64,000 bases of DNA, from NCBI GenBank assembly GCA_964016885.1, contig OZ024746.1, positions 21,018,001-21,082,000 on the forward strand. Reading direction: 5' to 3'. A program made the translations under genes and the position numbers. The stretch is from Eledone cirrhosa. Lineage: Eukaryota. Below are positions 1-13,693 of the stretch, piece by piece (position 1 is the stretch's first letter; each line of letters starts with the position of its first letter). The notes beneath the pieces are model-generated. The model was not told the DNA's origin, ran no database searches, and worked only from the letters and a program-made list of their open reading frames with translations.

Positions 1-41
1 TAACTAGACCGGTAAATCAGACACTAAGTTTGAATGCCTTG

Positions 42-124
<83 letters not shown>

Positions 125-538
125 CGATTCAGAATATCGCGTCACCACCTTTCTATAACCGGGAAGGGCAGGCAGTTTTAATATGCCTGGTGGCCATGGC
201 GAAAGAAGTTGTATGGTAGATGCGATTAAAGGGGCTGAAGATAAAAACTTCCCTCTTTGGGGAATCCTCATCAACTGAGTAAACACATGTAAACTGAAAT
301 TACTGAACAAAACAAGATGCTGGTAATTTTTCGTCCAAATGTTGCCACGTGCTAAACGGGATGAATCACCCAAGTATTAAGCCCTTGTGTAATTGCTATG
401 TCTATTCTTGCCCCCATTAGCTATCAAATATATTATTTTCAATTATTTTATACTATTTAATGACTCAACTTTTTGTTATGTAATATAAAGTGTATCCTGT
501 CGTTACCTTCCCCTTATTATTATAGGTATTATTATATG

Positions 539-760
539 GGCGGTGGATTGGCAGAATCGGTAGAGTGTCGGTCAAAGTGCTTTACGGTATTCAGTGACGA
601 CCTTCTACATTCTGAGTGCAAAACACGCCACGGTCAACTTTGCCTTTAATCCTTACAGGGTCAAAATGATAAAATACCAGTAACGCACTGTGTTCAATTT
701 ATATCAACATTTTCCTGCCCCCAAATTGTTGGCCTTGTGCCTAAACCAGAATCTATTATA
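539..760 (+). mobile_element. SINE family A copy (tRNA-derived, octopus-type)
   Basis: GGCGGTGGATTGGCAG...TTCTGAGT...AACTTTGCCTTT...GGCCTTGTGCCTAAA; recurs more than 10 times in the window. Confidence 0.8.
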
Positions 761-1225
761 TAATTATTCTGGCCACGGACAGAAGACAACAGTTGATAGT
801 AATCAAGTCAACTTATCAAATCAGCTAACTGTGATTATTATGGGTGGTATACATATAACCATAATTAATAGCAGCATCATGAATGGATATATTCACTCAT
901 AATAATTAACCTGTATGAATTAAGCGAGAAGGCAGTTTAGCTTAATGTCAGTTATAATGTCTCTGTTTAGATTTAGATTGACTTAATGTTTCATGTGTAT
1001 CCATTCAGCAAGAGATATAGACTAGATTGTAGTAATTTCGCCAACTACCTAATGGGAGGTAGTGAAAAGATAAAGCAGTCATTTAATCAATTTAATTCCA
1101 CTCTCTACACTTTCAAACTTTCAAATACTCTACATTTACATGCATTTACAATTTATTCGCCCACATTCTAGCCCCCCCCCCCCCTCGCCTTTACTTTATC
1201 TGAATCATTTTTGTTTTCGTTTTCA

Positions 1226-1277
<52 letters not shown>

Positions 1278-1633
1278 GTGCATTCGAGTGTATATATATA
1301 TATATATATATGTGAGTGTGTGTGTATGTGTGTATGCCTGCACGCACACACGTATATACTATATATACGTGTCTGTGGGCATATTGGAAACGATATATTA
1401 TATACGATTGAATGCGTCAATACCTCATAATAGAAGTATTATAATTTCGAATCTGAACTCTAGTATCAAAATTCCGCCGATGATTGTACACACACAAACA
1501 ACCACACAACCACACACACACACCACCACACACACATACATATATATATATATGTGTATATATAGATAGATAGATACACACAAACACACATATATATATG
1601 TGTGTGTGTGTGTATATACAATTTGTGTGTATA

Positions 1634-1705
<72 letters not shown>

Positions 1706-1990
1706 CAAATAACGAAACGAAATTAAATTTCGTTTCGCTTCTAACTCACTTTTGTATGACTGACGCTTAAACAATTAAGTTAAAGTGTACATCTACATAT
1801 GTATACGGAAGTATTAGTATGCATATAAATACACACATGCATACATATGTACATGTACTGAGTTTTTCACTAGACACTTTACAGTGAGTGTCAGCTAGTC
1901 TGTACGTAACCACACAGACGGACCGGGTTTTAGAGTCATACGAGTTTTCAAGGAAACACATTTCCTCTATTCTCCAGAGGGCCAGACAGG

Positions 1991-2035
1991 AATATTGGAC
2001 TAGTTTCGATGTTATTACATCTCATCAGCAATATT
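1991..2035 (-). ncRNA. Minimal type I hammerhead ribozyme (R1 copy 1)
   Basis: Reverse complement reads AATATTG-CTGATGA-GATGT aata ACATC-GAAA-CTAG-TC-CAATATT. Confidence 0.9.
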
Positions 2036-2459
2036 TACCCATCTTCCGGCTTCTCTGGAGAATTGTAAAAGCACATATCGTTATATGCTTTTTCTATGAA
2101 AATTAGTAGTGGGTAGACTAATTTGCATAGAACGTGAGTCATTGTACGCACCGGTTCAGCGGAAACGATAAAAACAAATAACGAAACGAAATTAAATTTC
2201 GTTTCGCTTCTAACTCACTTTTGTATGACTGACGCTTAAACAATTAAGTTAAAGTGTACATCTACATATGTATACGGAAGTATTAGTATGCATATAAATA
2301 CACACATGTATACATATGTACATGTACTGAGTTTTTCACTAGACACTTTACAGTGAGTGTCAGCTAGTCTGTATGTAACCACACAGACGGACCGGGTTTT
2401 AGAGTCATACGAGTTTTCAAGGAAACACATTTCCTCTATTTCCCAGAGGGCCAGACAGG

Positions 2460-2504
2460 AATATTGGACTAGTTTCGATGTTATTACATCTCATCAGCAA
2501 TATT
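2460..2504 (-). ncRNA. Minimal type I hammerhead ribozyme (R1 copy 2)
   Basis: Same motif 469 bp from copy 1. Confidence 0.9.
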
Positions 2505-3006
2505 TACCCATCTTCCGGCTTCTCTGGAGAATTGTAAAAGCACATATCGTTATATGCTTTTTCTATGAAAATTAGTAGTGGGTAGACTAATTTGCATAGA
2601 ACGTGAGTCATTGTACGCACCTTGAAAACTCGTATGACTCTAAAACCCGGTCCGTCTGTGTGGTTACGTACAGACTAGCTGACACTCACTGTAAAGTGTC
2701 TAGTGAAAAACTCAGTACATGTACATATGTATACATGTGTGTATTTATATGCATACTAATACTTCCGTATACATATGTAGATGTACACTTTAACTTAATT
2801 GTTTAAGCGTCAGTCATACAAAAGTGAGTTAGAAGCGAAACGAAATTTAATTTCGTTTCGTTATTTGTTTTTATCGTTTCCGCTGAACCGGTGCATACAA
2901 TGACTCACGTTCTATGCAAATTAGTCTACCCACTACTAATTTTCATAGAAAAAGCATATAACGATTTGTGCTTTTACAATTCTCCAGAGAAGCCGGAAGA
3001 TGGGTA

Positions 3007-3051
3007 AATATTGCTGATGAGATGTAATAACATCGAAACTAGTCCAATATT
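3007..3051 (+). ncRNA. Minimal type I hammerhead ribozyme (R1 copy 3)
   Basis: AATATTG CTGATGA(3014-3020) GATGT aata ACATC GAAA CTAG TC CAATATT. Stem I extends with AGATGGG/CCTGTCT and TCTCCAGAG/CTCTGGAGA. Confidence 0.92.
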
Positions 3052-3263
3052 CCTGTCTGGCCCTCTGGAGAATAGAGGAAATGTGTTTCCTTGAAAACTC
3101 GTATGACTCTAAAACCCGGTCCGTCTGTGTGGTTACGTACAGACTAGCTGACACTCACTGTAAAGTGTCTAGTGAAAAACTCAGTACATGTACATATGTA
3201 TACATGTGTGTATTTATATGCATACTAATACTTCCGTATACATATGTAGATGTACACTTTAAC

Positions 3264-3305
<42 letters not shown>

Positions 3306-3863
3306 TTGACGTTCATGAACATTGAAGAGTTTAAATATTCCCTGATTAAGGCTAAGTTTCATTCTTGTTACTCATGGATTCCCCACGAGTACTCAGTGGC
3401 TCATCAGACATAACTAAACCTTCAGATGATATAGAGACATTGAGGGAGAAATGGGTGACGTTATAGAGAAATGAAGAGGAACCTGAGCTGACGTTTGGCA
3501 AGATAGAAATAGTAATTAAGCAATATACTTAAATGGAATAGGAAAAGAAAAGTAAAAAGAAGCAAAGGGGAGAAAAAGTACAGAAGAAAAGAAAATGAAG
3601 AAAGGGAGAGAAATGGAGAAAGAAAAAAAATGAAAAGATGAAAGGAAAGAAAAATAAATAAACGAGAAAAGAAGAGGAAGGAGAATGGGAATAGGGATCA
3701 GCAGAAAAATGAAGAATATACTTGATAATGAAAAGGTGGTAATAGTGATATGAGGTGAATAATGAATGCAATTGAAAATCAAGATTGACATTAGTGTGAG
3801 ATAGCACTCGTTTATTATATATATTATTTATATTTATATATAAATAATTCGATTGGCATCTGC

Positions 3864-4050
<187 letters not shown>

Positions 4051-4085
4051 ATATATATGTATATCTATCTATCTATCTATCTATC

Positions 4086-4117
<32 letters not shown>

Positions 4118-5504
4118 TCATATTCTTGGCTTGATTTCGGATTTTAAACAAACACTCCAGTGTACATGAATTAATATCCAAACGAAAACCATGCAAGCAC
4201 GACTTCTACAAATAAGAAAACTAAACAACTAAACTCTAGCTGTCAGTCGTAATCGAGCGAATATCGTTTGGAAAATTAGGGGGCTGTGCTATTCATGATA
4301 TTTCTATGGGGACTGAGGGCTTCATTATAGGTAATAGCAATGGAAATGACGTGAAGTCCTTTCCTTTTGGAAATAATATCCAGTCATGAAACCACTTTTC
4401 ATAGAGGATAATTCTTGTTTCAAAATGCTCTTTAAATATGTCCTAAAACAGCTGGTGGAAACTATATAGATTTTTCGTTATTTACAATGGTGATTTTTTT
4501 TTTTTCATTTTAAATAGGAAGTTGATGTTAGAAAAGGGAAAATTGCAAATTCATTGTTGTGAAGTTGACCTCTTGTATTGATCAGTAGCCCAAAACATTT
4601 TCTAACTCGTCTTATTCTGACAGCTATTCTCAACAATAGAAATAAGAAATATTGATTGTAATTCATGTAATATAACAGAGCGTTTCACCCCCAAAACAGC
4701 TTCGAGATAATTCAGCTTAGTTGCTATGTAACGTGTTGCTCATATAGATTATATAATTTAGACTTGTGTTACGCTTCCAGAGACATCATCTTTAACTAAA
4801 CGTTATTAGAAAAATAGACATGTGGCAATAAAACTGATACACATTTATGCTTACTACATATTCCATAGCTTCATGTAAATCTTCCCAATAACCAAATCCG
4901 ATTAATGGTTATCCATCACATACTAATAGCTACTAATGGGTGTATTTATTCACTTTCTAGACAACAAGATTTTGAAAATTTCTAAATGGACTCTATGTCC
5001 AATTAGATGATCCATATGTCTATAGGTTTGTGCATATGTGATTTATTCAATTAATAATAAATTATAAAGTGCATTAGGCGATATTCCATTTGTAACTTTC
5101 AGATTCTGTTAATTTATCTTAAGGTAGATATTCATTGCTTTCTTGAATGTCATTTATCTGACAAACGTTTTGTTCAAATATCTTATATTTGGAATAAATG
5201 TATTACAAATTTAAGTGGCAATGTAGCTATTAAAATACATATATTAATCTGGGTTTATTAATTATTTGTAATGACGCATTCATAACATATTTGATACATT
5301 TATAAATATATGACATAAAACCACAGAATTAGATGTCAAGCCATCTAAATCGACTTACACATTTAATATTTACATACAGAAAACCACACACACACGCAGA
5401 CACATATATATTTATGTATATATACGTGTACAAACAAGTGTTAACAGGTTAAAATATAGTCTAGATAAATGAGAAAAAAAAACGAGGATGTAGTTTATGG
5501 AACA

Positions 5505-5980
5505 CCCAAATGATTTAGAAGTCGACCTTAAGTAGGAGAAATAACTTTAAGAAAGACATGAACGACACCGCATCATTTTGTTTCGAAAATTTTGGAAGTA
5601 GGTTTATAAGTATGAATTTTCAATAGAATTTCGTAGCTGTTTCAGTGGACTAGCGTTAGATACAAGAGACGGTGCAAATCCCGGTTTTGGGTTCAATCCT
5701 AGTCAAGAGGTACATGTAATGTTTTCAGTTTTTATTTCACATCCCATAGAAAAAAACTGAAAAGGTTTACTGAGAACCCTACTCCTGACTAGGATCGAAC
5801 TTCAGACGAGGATCACCACCGTTTATGATTCACCCAACTAGGTCGCCGAGACAGACACAAAACTGCAATGAAAATTAATAATTATAGACCTACTTTCAAA
5901 AGTTAAAAAGATGTGGTGTCGTTCATGGTTTTCCTAGAGCTATTAGTTATATTTAGGGTCGACTTGTCAATCATCTGGCT
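5505..5980. repeat. Old fold-back (inverted repeat) element with a tRNA-like segment in each arm
   Basis: Matching blocks CATGAACGACACCGCATC/GATGTGGTGTCGTTCATG, GTTCAATCCTAGTCA/TGACTAGGATCGAAC, TTTTCAGTTTTT/AAAAACTGAAAA. Partial third copy at ~10640-10737. Confidence 0.6.
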
Positions 5981-6311
5981 CTTTGGTAACAACCTTATTA
6001 TTCCTATGTGTGTTTAACTGTTGAATTAATTTAATTTGATTATTTTAACAAACAAACAATATATATATATATATATATAGTATTTACGTATCGAGAAAGA
6101 GAGAAAAAAAGGAGGGATAGGTGATACATATAGTTATTTGCCAAGTAGCGTATGCCAAAGGTGCTCGATACTAGTGCCGGCAGTATTAAATATTCGAAGT
6201 GTTAATATTTAGTGGGCTAGAGCAGAGCATAAGTACGTGGGAAAGTGAAAAATCGGAGAATAGACCGTTAAAACATGTTTATTTAATATATATATATATA
6301 TATACATCTGT

Positions 6312-6409
<98 letters not shown>

Positions 6410-6527
6410 GTATACAATGTCAATTAAATCCCTAGGGATTTTTGTACAAGTTGAAAACATGTTATATATACATATATATAAATCTATATATATACACACA
6501 TATACATGCACACATATACACTCACTC

Positions 6528-6565
<38 letters not shown>

Positions 6566-6570
<5 letters not shown>

Positions 6571-6757
6571 GAAGAGCTTCTACAGGACTAGAACTGTTTC
6601 ATTCGTGAGAAATCATCAGGAAGCTCATGATGATTTCTCACGAATGAAACAGTTCTAGTCCTGTAGAAGCTCTTCTATATTAAAACTTTTATACTCTGCT
6701 ATGTATTGAGTACCTTACTTACTGTGGTTACCTCCGATTTAACCCGGAATAACTTAT
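6566..6757. mobile_element. Short Penelope-type pLTR fold-back insertion in (TA)n
   Basis: About 53-bp perfect inverted arms (6566-6618 / 6628-6680), then a ~77-bp tail with GTATTGAGTAC ending in (TA)n. Confidence 0.8.
6574..6626 (-). ncRNA. Type I hammerhead ribozyme
   Basis: RC: GAGCTTC-CTGATGA-tTTC tcac GAAt-GAAA-CAG ttctagtc CTG-TA-GAAGCTC; U.U mismatch at the base of stem II. Confidence 0.8.
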
Positions 6758-6782
6758 ATTTATATATATATATATATATGTA

Positions 6783-9062
6783 GATAAATCTACCAAAACA
6801 TACGGTAGTGTCCAATCCGTATGAAGAACTCAATGTAATCCAAATATCATGAAAAGAGAAGATGTATTCAACATTTTTTTCGATGAAAAACACAGGAAAA
6901 TAGAGTCAAGATAAATTAATAAAAATAATGAATAAAAACAAAGAAACAGTGCCTTATATTAAAAAATTCATCATTTTACGATCGTTTCTAGGATATATAT
7001 GTATGTATATCATATAGATCTATGTAAAATTTTTTACAAACTATCAGAGAGAATATACATACCTACACATATATATGCTGACATCAGAAATAATGATATT
7101 TGTTTATTGAAAAAACCAACAAAGATTTAATATAATAGGTCTGTTTGGGAACAGGTTTTGAATTGACCAATAGGAAGGCAGTAAGTGGTCAAGTTGATAG
7201 AATAGTAGTAGTAGAAATTTAATTTAGGGGTATGCAGACTTCAGTTTTGAATGGAAAGAGTATTTTGAATGAAAAGATTACTTTGGGGATGAAAATAGGT
7301 CAAGCCGGTGAAAGGTACACGAAAATTTGATGTTATTAAAGAATAATGCTAATGTTAAAATCTAAGGAGAATAAAATTTTACGATAAATGTGTTAGTGAA
7401 AAATATCAATCTTATTTAAAACATAAGGAATTTAGATCTATAAAAAGAAAATAAATTAATTTAATTGATAGGTATATTTATATGGATAAATTTATATTAA
7501 TTCATATAGATATGATAAATAAGAGTTAGATGTAATTAAAGAATGTTGTTAAAAACGAAGGAAAATTTTTTTTTTGTGGGGGGATAAATGTATTAGTGAA
7601 AAATAACAAACTTATATAGATTACAAGGAATATAGATTCATAACCTGAAATTAAAATAGTTTATATGTATACTTATTGGTATAAATTTTAGAAAAAGATA
7701 GCTGTAAAAGGGAAATAAAATTATGCAGTTCATTAGTAGTAGAATATTAATTATAGGTTAAGAAATTAAAAAAATTTTTATTATAATAATTTGTAAAATA
7801 TAAGTGTATATTAATTAGGTTTATAATATTTTAAAGTTTTTCTAATTCTATGATTACATGATATAATTAATTCTTGTCGCTATATATATATATATATTTA
7901 TTAAAATAACAGATTAAAGTTTAAGCAAAGAATCGCTGCTTTCTGAAACTAACAAAGTCAATCTGTAAACGCAGAAGTGGATATTTCAAAAAACATTGCA
8001 ACCGGACGAAGACAGGAAGACGATACTTTGGTTCGTGGAAACGTTCCCTTCAGAAAACATACAGGTAATATATACTTACCTATGCAAATAAGTAATGGTA
8101 TAAACATAACATATACTTAGCTACCACATCAAGACGTAAAATATCCACGTATAGTTCGTACTATCCGTTGGGGCTGTAATACAGGAAAGTTTTGTGCAAT
8201 TTATGTTTACAAGCCGAAATTGCCTCAGATATTTTGTTTAAGATGTGGTCTGTGGCGTAGAGTATTTCCAGGGCCCCAGCGGCGTTATACGATCTAGCCC
8301 TAGCTAGGATCTCCCAGTGTAACTTATATTGGGTGTGGTTGACTTTTAGACTCCAAATATAAGCTGAAAGTGACGTCATATTCCTTCTTAGAGGGTAACG
8401 AAAAGAATGGGTATGCATGTAAAGACGCTGCTTGACTCTATTGGCGGTTAACCCTATGTAGGCCCTACGGGACGTGGGTGTTTCAACCTTACATTTGTAG
8501 ACAATGTTACCAGAGAGGCATTTCCCGGATAGGGGGCAATCAACCCGATTCCTACAATTACAGTTAGTACTAACTACAGGGTTGCACGTGTTCCTACTGC
8601 TAGCTAGTTTAGCTAAATTAGAAGCTGTGATGTTATGTGCAAGGTTAGGAGTCGTAGAGTAAGAAATTTTAATAGTATTTCTATTAAAAATTTTCCTATA
8701 TTTATGTGTAGGGGGAAAATGCTTCGTAATAAGGGATAGAAAGATCTTAGCTAATGGTGTGGCCACCTCCATATTATATGGTGGGTTATACCATATAATG
8801 CGACGGGATCTATTTCTTCTAGGTCTATTCTGGTACTCTGTATAGGCTACCTTATCGACAAATCCACTCCGAGCAAGAGCTTCATTGTAATAAGTGGAAT
8901 GGTCGTTGAAAATATGCTCGTTAATAGATAGACGGGAAAGCCTCAACGAAACGTTTCTTACCAGGTTCTTCGTTATGCTGGCAGGATGGTTGGAATGCTT
9001 ACTTATGTAATTAAGCGTATCATTCGCCTTTCTATACGGATAATACATTATATACGGGTAAT
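6783..9062 (-). mobile_element. 5'-truncated Penelope-like element (Naiad-type) with a long AT-rich 3' region
   Basis: Contains ORF 8161-9048. Downstream region has a degenerate HHR (CTGATAG...GAAACGATCGTA, ~6975-7047) and ends at (TA)n. Whether all of 6783-8160 belongs to this element is uncertain. Confidence 0.7.
8161..9048 (-). pseudogene. Penelope-like RT thumb + GIY-YIG endonuclease fragment
   Basis: Motifs SNHP, IIWYNPPY, KHFP..HKYRKIFNRNTIKISYS, CNC..CPLSGKC..NIVY, YIGLT, LNKISE..CKH. The CxLC..EK segment seen in the 24 kb copy is deleted in frame. Confidence 0.92.
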
Positions 9063-9147
9063 ATATTATATGTAAAAGATCGTAAGAGAACTAAGACATT
9101 TTTGTATATCACATTAAATGTGAAATAACTTGAAGTCGATGAAGAGA

Positions 9148-9218
9148 GCATCGGTTGTTCAATGGTAGAATGCGCGCCTCCCACGCGTGTGATCCGGGTT
9201 CGATTCCCGGCCGATGCA
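9148..9218 (+). tRNA. tRNA-Gly(CCC)
   Basis: Cloverleaf GCATCGG/CCGATGC, GTTC/GAAT, CGCGC-ctCCCac-GCGTG, CCGGG-TTCGATT-CCCGG, discriminator A; TTTT terminator at 9222-9225. Confidence 0.9.
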
Positions 9219-9725
9219 TAATTTTCTTTATACTTTTAGCTCTTGAAAACTCAAAATTTTAATCTTCATGCTAGTTGTTGAATGTCTAGTATGATTTCAT
9301 TGAATTATTTTCGTAGAATGCATTGTCATTGTGGAAACAAATATGTATTCTGAAACAAAGTGTCACTCATTTAGAGAGCATCAACATTCCTACTATTTTG
9401 CATTATTGTGGCATGGCTTGAGCCGCTAATTTATATTTCAATAAATTTTGTTGGTTGTCAAAAATTCAAATCTCTAATTCGGTATATTCCAGTATATGAA
9501 TTATTTCATTCATTTTACATAAGAAATTGTTTTCTTCACTTCGATGAAATATTTTATAATCTGAATTAATCAATTACATATTTAAGGTGGCTGATTTTAT
9601 CTAGTTCTTCATCGGTGAATATAGAAATAGATGTTCCTGGAGAATGGAATGTAAGAATCTTTATTTCATGATGAGCCTTGATTAGAATTGAAGTGTTAAT
9701 TGTATGTTCGCATTTGACATTAATA

Positions 9726-9839
<114 letters not shown>

Positions 9840-9972
9840 CACACAAACACACACACACAAACCCAAACATCACCCATATATATCTATCTATCTAGGGCGG
9901 GTAAAATATATTTGATATATATTTATCCTTATCGAGCCCTCTTTGGATTTTAGTCTTCAAATTTATTATTAT

Positions 9973-10017
<45 letters not shown>

Positions 10018-10089
10018 CCTTCATCTGGCAACCAATATGTTTAGACCCAGTTCGCCGCTGAAAATATATATATATATATATATATATAT

Positions 10090-10428
10090 CATTTTCATTT
10101 CATTTTACGTCCACCTTTCCCTGCTTGCAAGGGTGGGACGGGAACTGATTCTGGCTTGATTTCTACAGCTGGATGCCCTTCCTAACACCAACCTCATTTA
10201 CAGTGAGTGCTGGGTGCTTTTTTTGCCGTGGCACCTCCACGACCACTTTGCAGTGGAATGATAGGGACCCCAGTCCCTATCATCTCATTTCTACAGCTGA
10301 GTAAACTGGAGCAATGTGAAATAAAGTGTCTTGCTCAAGGAAACAACACATCACCCAGTCTGAGAATTGAACTCACAACCTTTCGATTGCAAGGCCAATG
10401 CTCTAACCACTAAGCCATGTGCCTCCAC
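10090..10428 (-). mobile_element. SINE family B (tRNA head, CORE-like body)
   Basis: RC starts GTGGAGGCACATGGCTTAGTGGTTAGAGC...GAGTTCAATTC...TCCTTGAGCAAGACACT. Related pieces at 29300-29566, ~39760-39900, ~42590-42672, ~45520-45625. Confidence 0.75.
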
Positions 10429-10432
10429 CTTT

Positions 10433-10465
<33 letters not shown>

Positions 10466-10468
<3 letters not shown>

Positions 10469-10628
10469 AAAGGTAAACAGAAATAACAACACAATCGGTA
10501 CAGTATATGGAAGGTATATATTAGGTTAACGCTTGATATAGCTGGAAGAGGGTCTTAACGTTTCGGATGCTAGTCCTTCATCAGAAGAAAGAATGATAAA
10601 TAAGAAAGATTGAGGGGACGGGCTGGTT
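10466..10628 (-). mobile_element. pLTR-like family H2 with a minimal HHR at 10553-10588
   Basis: RC: TCTT-CTGATGA-a-GGA ctagca TCC-GAAA-CG-TT-AAGA; flanked by (TA)n. Same tail at 16086-16171 and ~56824-56930. Confidence 0.78.
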
Positions 10629-10732
10629 ATATATATATATTTTTTCAGTAGAATTTCGTAGCTGTCTCGGTGGACTAGCGGTAGATACTAGAGACGGTGG
10701 AGACCCCAGTCTAGTTAAATCCTGGTCGAGAG

Positions 10733-10784
<52 letters not shown>

Positions 10785-12796
10785 GTTGGTTAATAGAAAA
10801 GGCCCACCCCATCGTGTTTTCTTAAACCCCTAAATGGGGTTTCAATCCTGAAATCAGGATAGCCTATGTTGTTTGAATTTCTTTCTCCACTTGCCTTATT
10901 CAGATTATTAGACTCTATATGTCTACACTTTATGCAGATCAAGCCCCTGAAGTATCTCACTCCTTATTGATGTACGTAATCATATATTCCTTCTCACTTT
11001 CCTATATCTATATAATAAATTCGAATCATCTCTTGCTACCAACAAGTTAGTTTATAGACAAAGTAAATTCCCACTGCAGCGTCTTAAATTGTTTCAAAAT
11101 GCTTGGTTCAGTCAGGCCTAAATCAGAAAAGATGGCAGTATCAATAGAGAGTCGGAAACCATGCTGTTGGCCTAGAACCTAAATCAGAAACCATTATTTA
11201 AATCTAAAAGATGGGAACTATCCCACCCGTCAACAAACAAGTAGGAACCAATCTATAAAAATGTAAATTTTTATAGATGAACAGTGAATATGAAACCAAG
11301 GAACACTAGCTAGAAAATAAAATATTTGCATAAATAAGTAACCTTTAATACATATTCCCTTTAATCTGAATTTCCCTCTATTCATGATTCATGATTTAAT
11401 CTAATCCCTATGTATTTTTCTTGACTTCATTTCACTCTTGATTACATTTAAATATATCTTGTACCACTTAATAACGTTTCTTCGCTAGCTTATTTCAAGA
11501 CCGCTGACCCTCCATGGGAATACAGAATACGACAAGAATGCATTTTTACATTTGCACACATGAATATTGTTGCCATAGAAGCAAAAGAAACAACTATACC
11601 AACCGATATAGATATATACTATAGCGGGGGATTTACCAGACAGAATAGTTAGACTATTTAGTAAATAGCAATACAAGTTTGCAGGCAACTAAAAAGTAAA
11701 GCAAATAGTAATTTCCTTAGTTATGCGACAGACGATCGACTGTTAACTAGATATTCATCCAAGCTACTTGTTAACTATAAATAAATGAATATATATATAT
11801 GAATGTATATATATGTGTGTATGTATATATACATATGTGTTTGTATTTGTGTGTGTGTCAGTGTTTGTGTATGTTTGTGTATATATATATATGTGTGTGT
11901 GTGTGTGCATGCGTGTATATATGCATGTATGTATGTATGGCTGGATGTATGTATGTATGTACAATATAAATCAAACGCATGCCATTGGATATTCTCTGGA
12001 AAAAAGAAAAAAAACAGAGGCAATCAATCAAATGTATTATACAAAGTTGGAAATACTTTATCATTCCTATTAATGTTTCTTCTTTACATTGATTCCATCA
12101 TTCCATCTTGTTATCTTTTCTTCTTTTGCTGTTCTCTAGCATTTTCTCTCCTTTCCCTTATATTTATCTTTTATTTCTTCTTCCAATTTTTCAGCGCATT
12201 TGTTTTTCATACCATATCCATTCTGAAAAGGAAATTAACATATATTTATTGAATAGATTTTGATTAGTGTTTGAGAAAATATTAAAAAGAAAGGAGACGA
12301 TATTGTATAAAATATAGTTAGTTAAAATATATGTTATTTAATAAAATAATTAAAAATGGATTAAAAAAGAACGGATAATAACGAATTAAACTTGCTCAGC
12401 ATTCCTTGCAAAACACAATTATACTTATGCACGTCCCCATTTCACAAAATAATGAATGACTTAATCATTTTGTAACAATGTAGCAGGTCTTGAACAGCTT
12501 TAAAATAAATAACGTATGACATAGTAGTCGTAATGGGATGATTAATGAGGGAAATATATGAAGAGAGTGGGTGATTGGCAATGGGGAAAGGGGAGTTGTT
12601 TAGGGGAATATAAAGAGCCCTTTAGTGTTTCTTTTATGGACGATTAATTTACATATTTCTTTTTCATATTTTATAATGCTTCGTCTCTAATATATTATGA
12701 AAACGTTAACATTACCGGGCTATACATAAAAGTGAGAGGTTTACGTTATTTCGAATTAAATCGTGAATTAAAAGAATTTTTATTATACATCATAAT

Positions 12797-12997
12797 CAGT
12801 ATTAGTAGAGCGTTGGAAAAGCTTTGTGGTATAGAGTTACACCCCTTTACGTTCTAAGTTCGAATCTCGCAGAGGTTAGCTTTGCTTTTCATTCTTACGG
12901 GGTCGATAAAATAAAGTACCAGTAATTCACTGGTTAGATTTAATTGACTTTCCCTTCTCCCAAAATGTTAGGCCATTGTGCCTAAATCAGAAAAACC
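12797..12997 (+). mobile_element. SINE family A copy
   Basis: TACGGGGTCGATAAAATAAAGTACCAGT core. Confidence 0.75.
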
Positions 12998-13693
12998 TTT
13001 TTACATCATAAATATAAGCATAAGAGTTATTTCACTTTTCTGTTCACCTCTTAAGAATCTAAATCCTCAAACATTCGTAGAAAATATTAGTAGTAGTAAT
13101 ATTAGTATAATTATAGAGCGGTGCATTACAAGTAAATCGGTAGATTATTTTACTAAAGGGTATACTATTTGTCTCGTCACGTCCTTATCTCAAATCCAAC
13201 GGTATCAATTGTGTCATTCAACATCCAAGGTTCAATAGAAATCGATGCAAACCAAGTAATGTAATCAGTATAATCGATAACTCACTTTTTCTCAGACGTG
13301 TGATCTTGAAATCATTACTACTATAATTATCGAGACCAAAAGTTTTGCGGGTCAGTCAGCTACCTGTGAGTATTTATGTTACGTTTTCATCGTAAATCTT
13401 ACGCAAGTCGATTTTTTCTTTCTCCTTACAAACACATAAAATGAGTATCATAACTTACTGAAATTGATTGATTTAGTCAAATACACTTTTCTTTTATCTT
13501 CTGGAAATTTTGGCTTTGATTTAAAGGGACAAATGATCATTAATTATTTTGAATGTGTGGAAATGATAAATTACCGGAGTAAATACATTATAGTGTTTAG
13601 TATCTCCTATATTGGGATCAAACACTGTCATAATCCAAACTTTCACAATTCAGCATTTGATGAAATAAACATGAGACATATACTGAAGTAAAT

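Larger units (their letters stand above)
1701..3270. mobile_element. Retrozyme-like family R1: 469-bp HHR monomer in tandem plus an inverted arm, flanked by (TA)n
   Basis: Unit starts at 1701 and again at 2170 (period 469). Orientation flips at ~2620 and ~1.4 further units follow in reverse complement. (TA)n on both sides; no credible ORF. Confidence 0.85.

Noticed and set aside
3357-3407. RC CTGATGA...GAAA
   Set aside because: Only an inner hairpin pairs; stems I and III are absent. At most a very decayed HHR.
1767-3413. Repeated 64-72 aa ORFs in R1
   Set aside because: They recur only because the DNA is repeated; non-ATG starts and no recognisable motif.
9062-9148. Penelope 5' end about 85 bp upstream of the tRNA gene (tRNA targeting?)
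   Set aside because: Single instance; other PLE-type inserts are tied to (TA)n instead.
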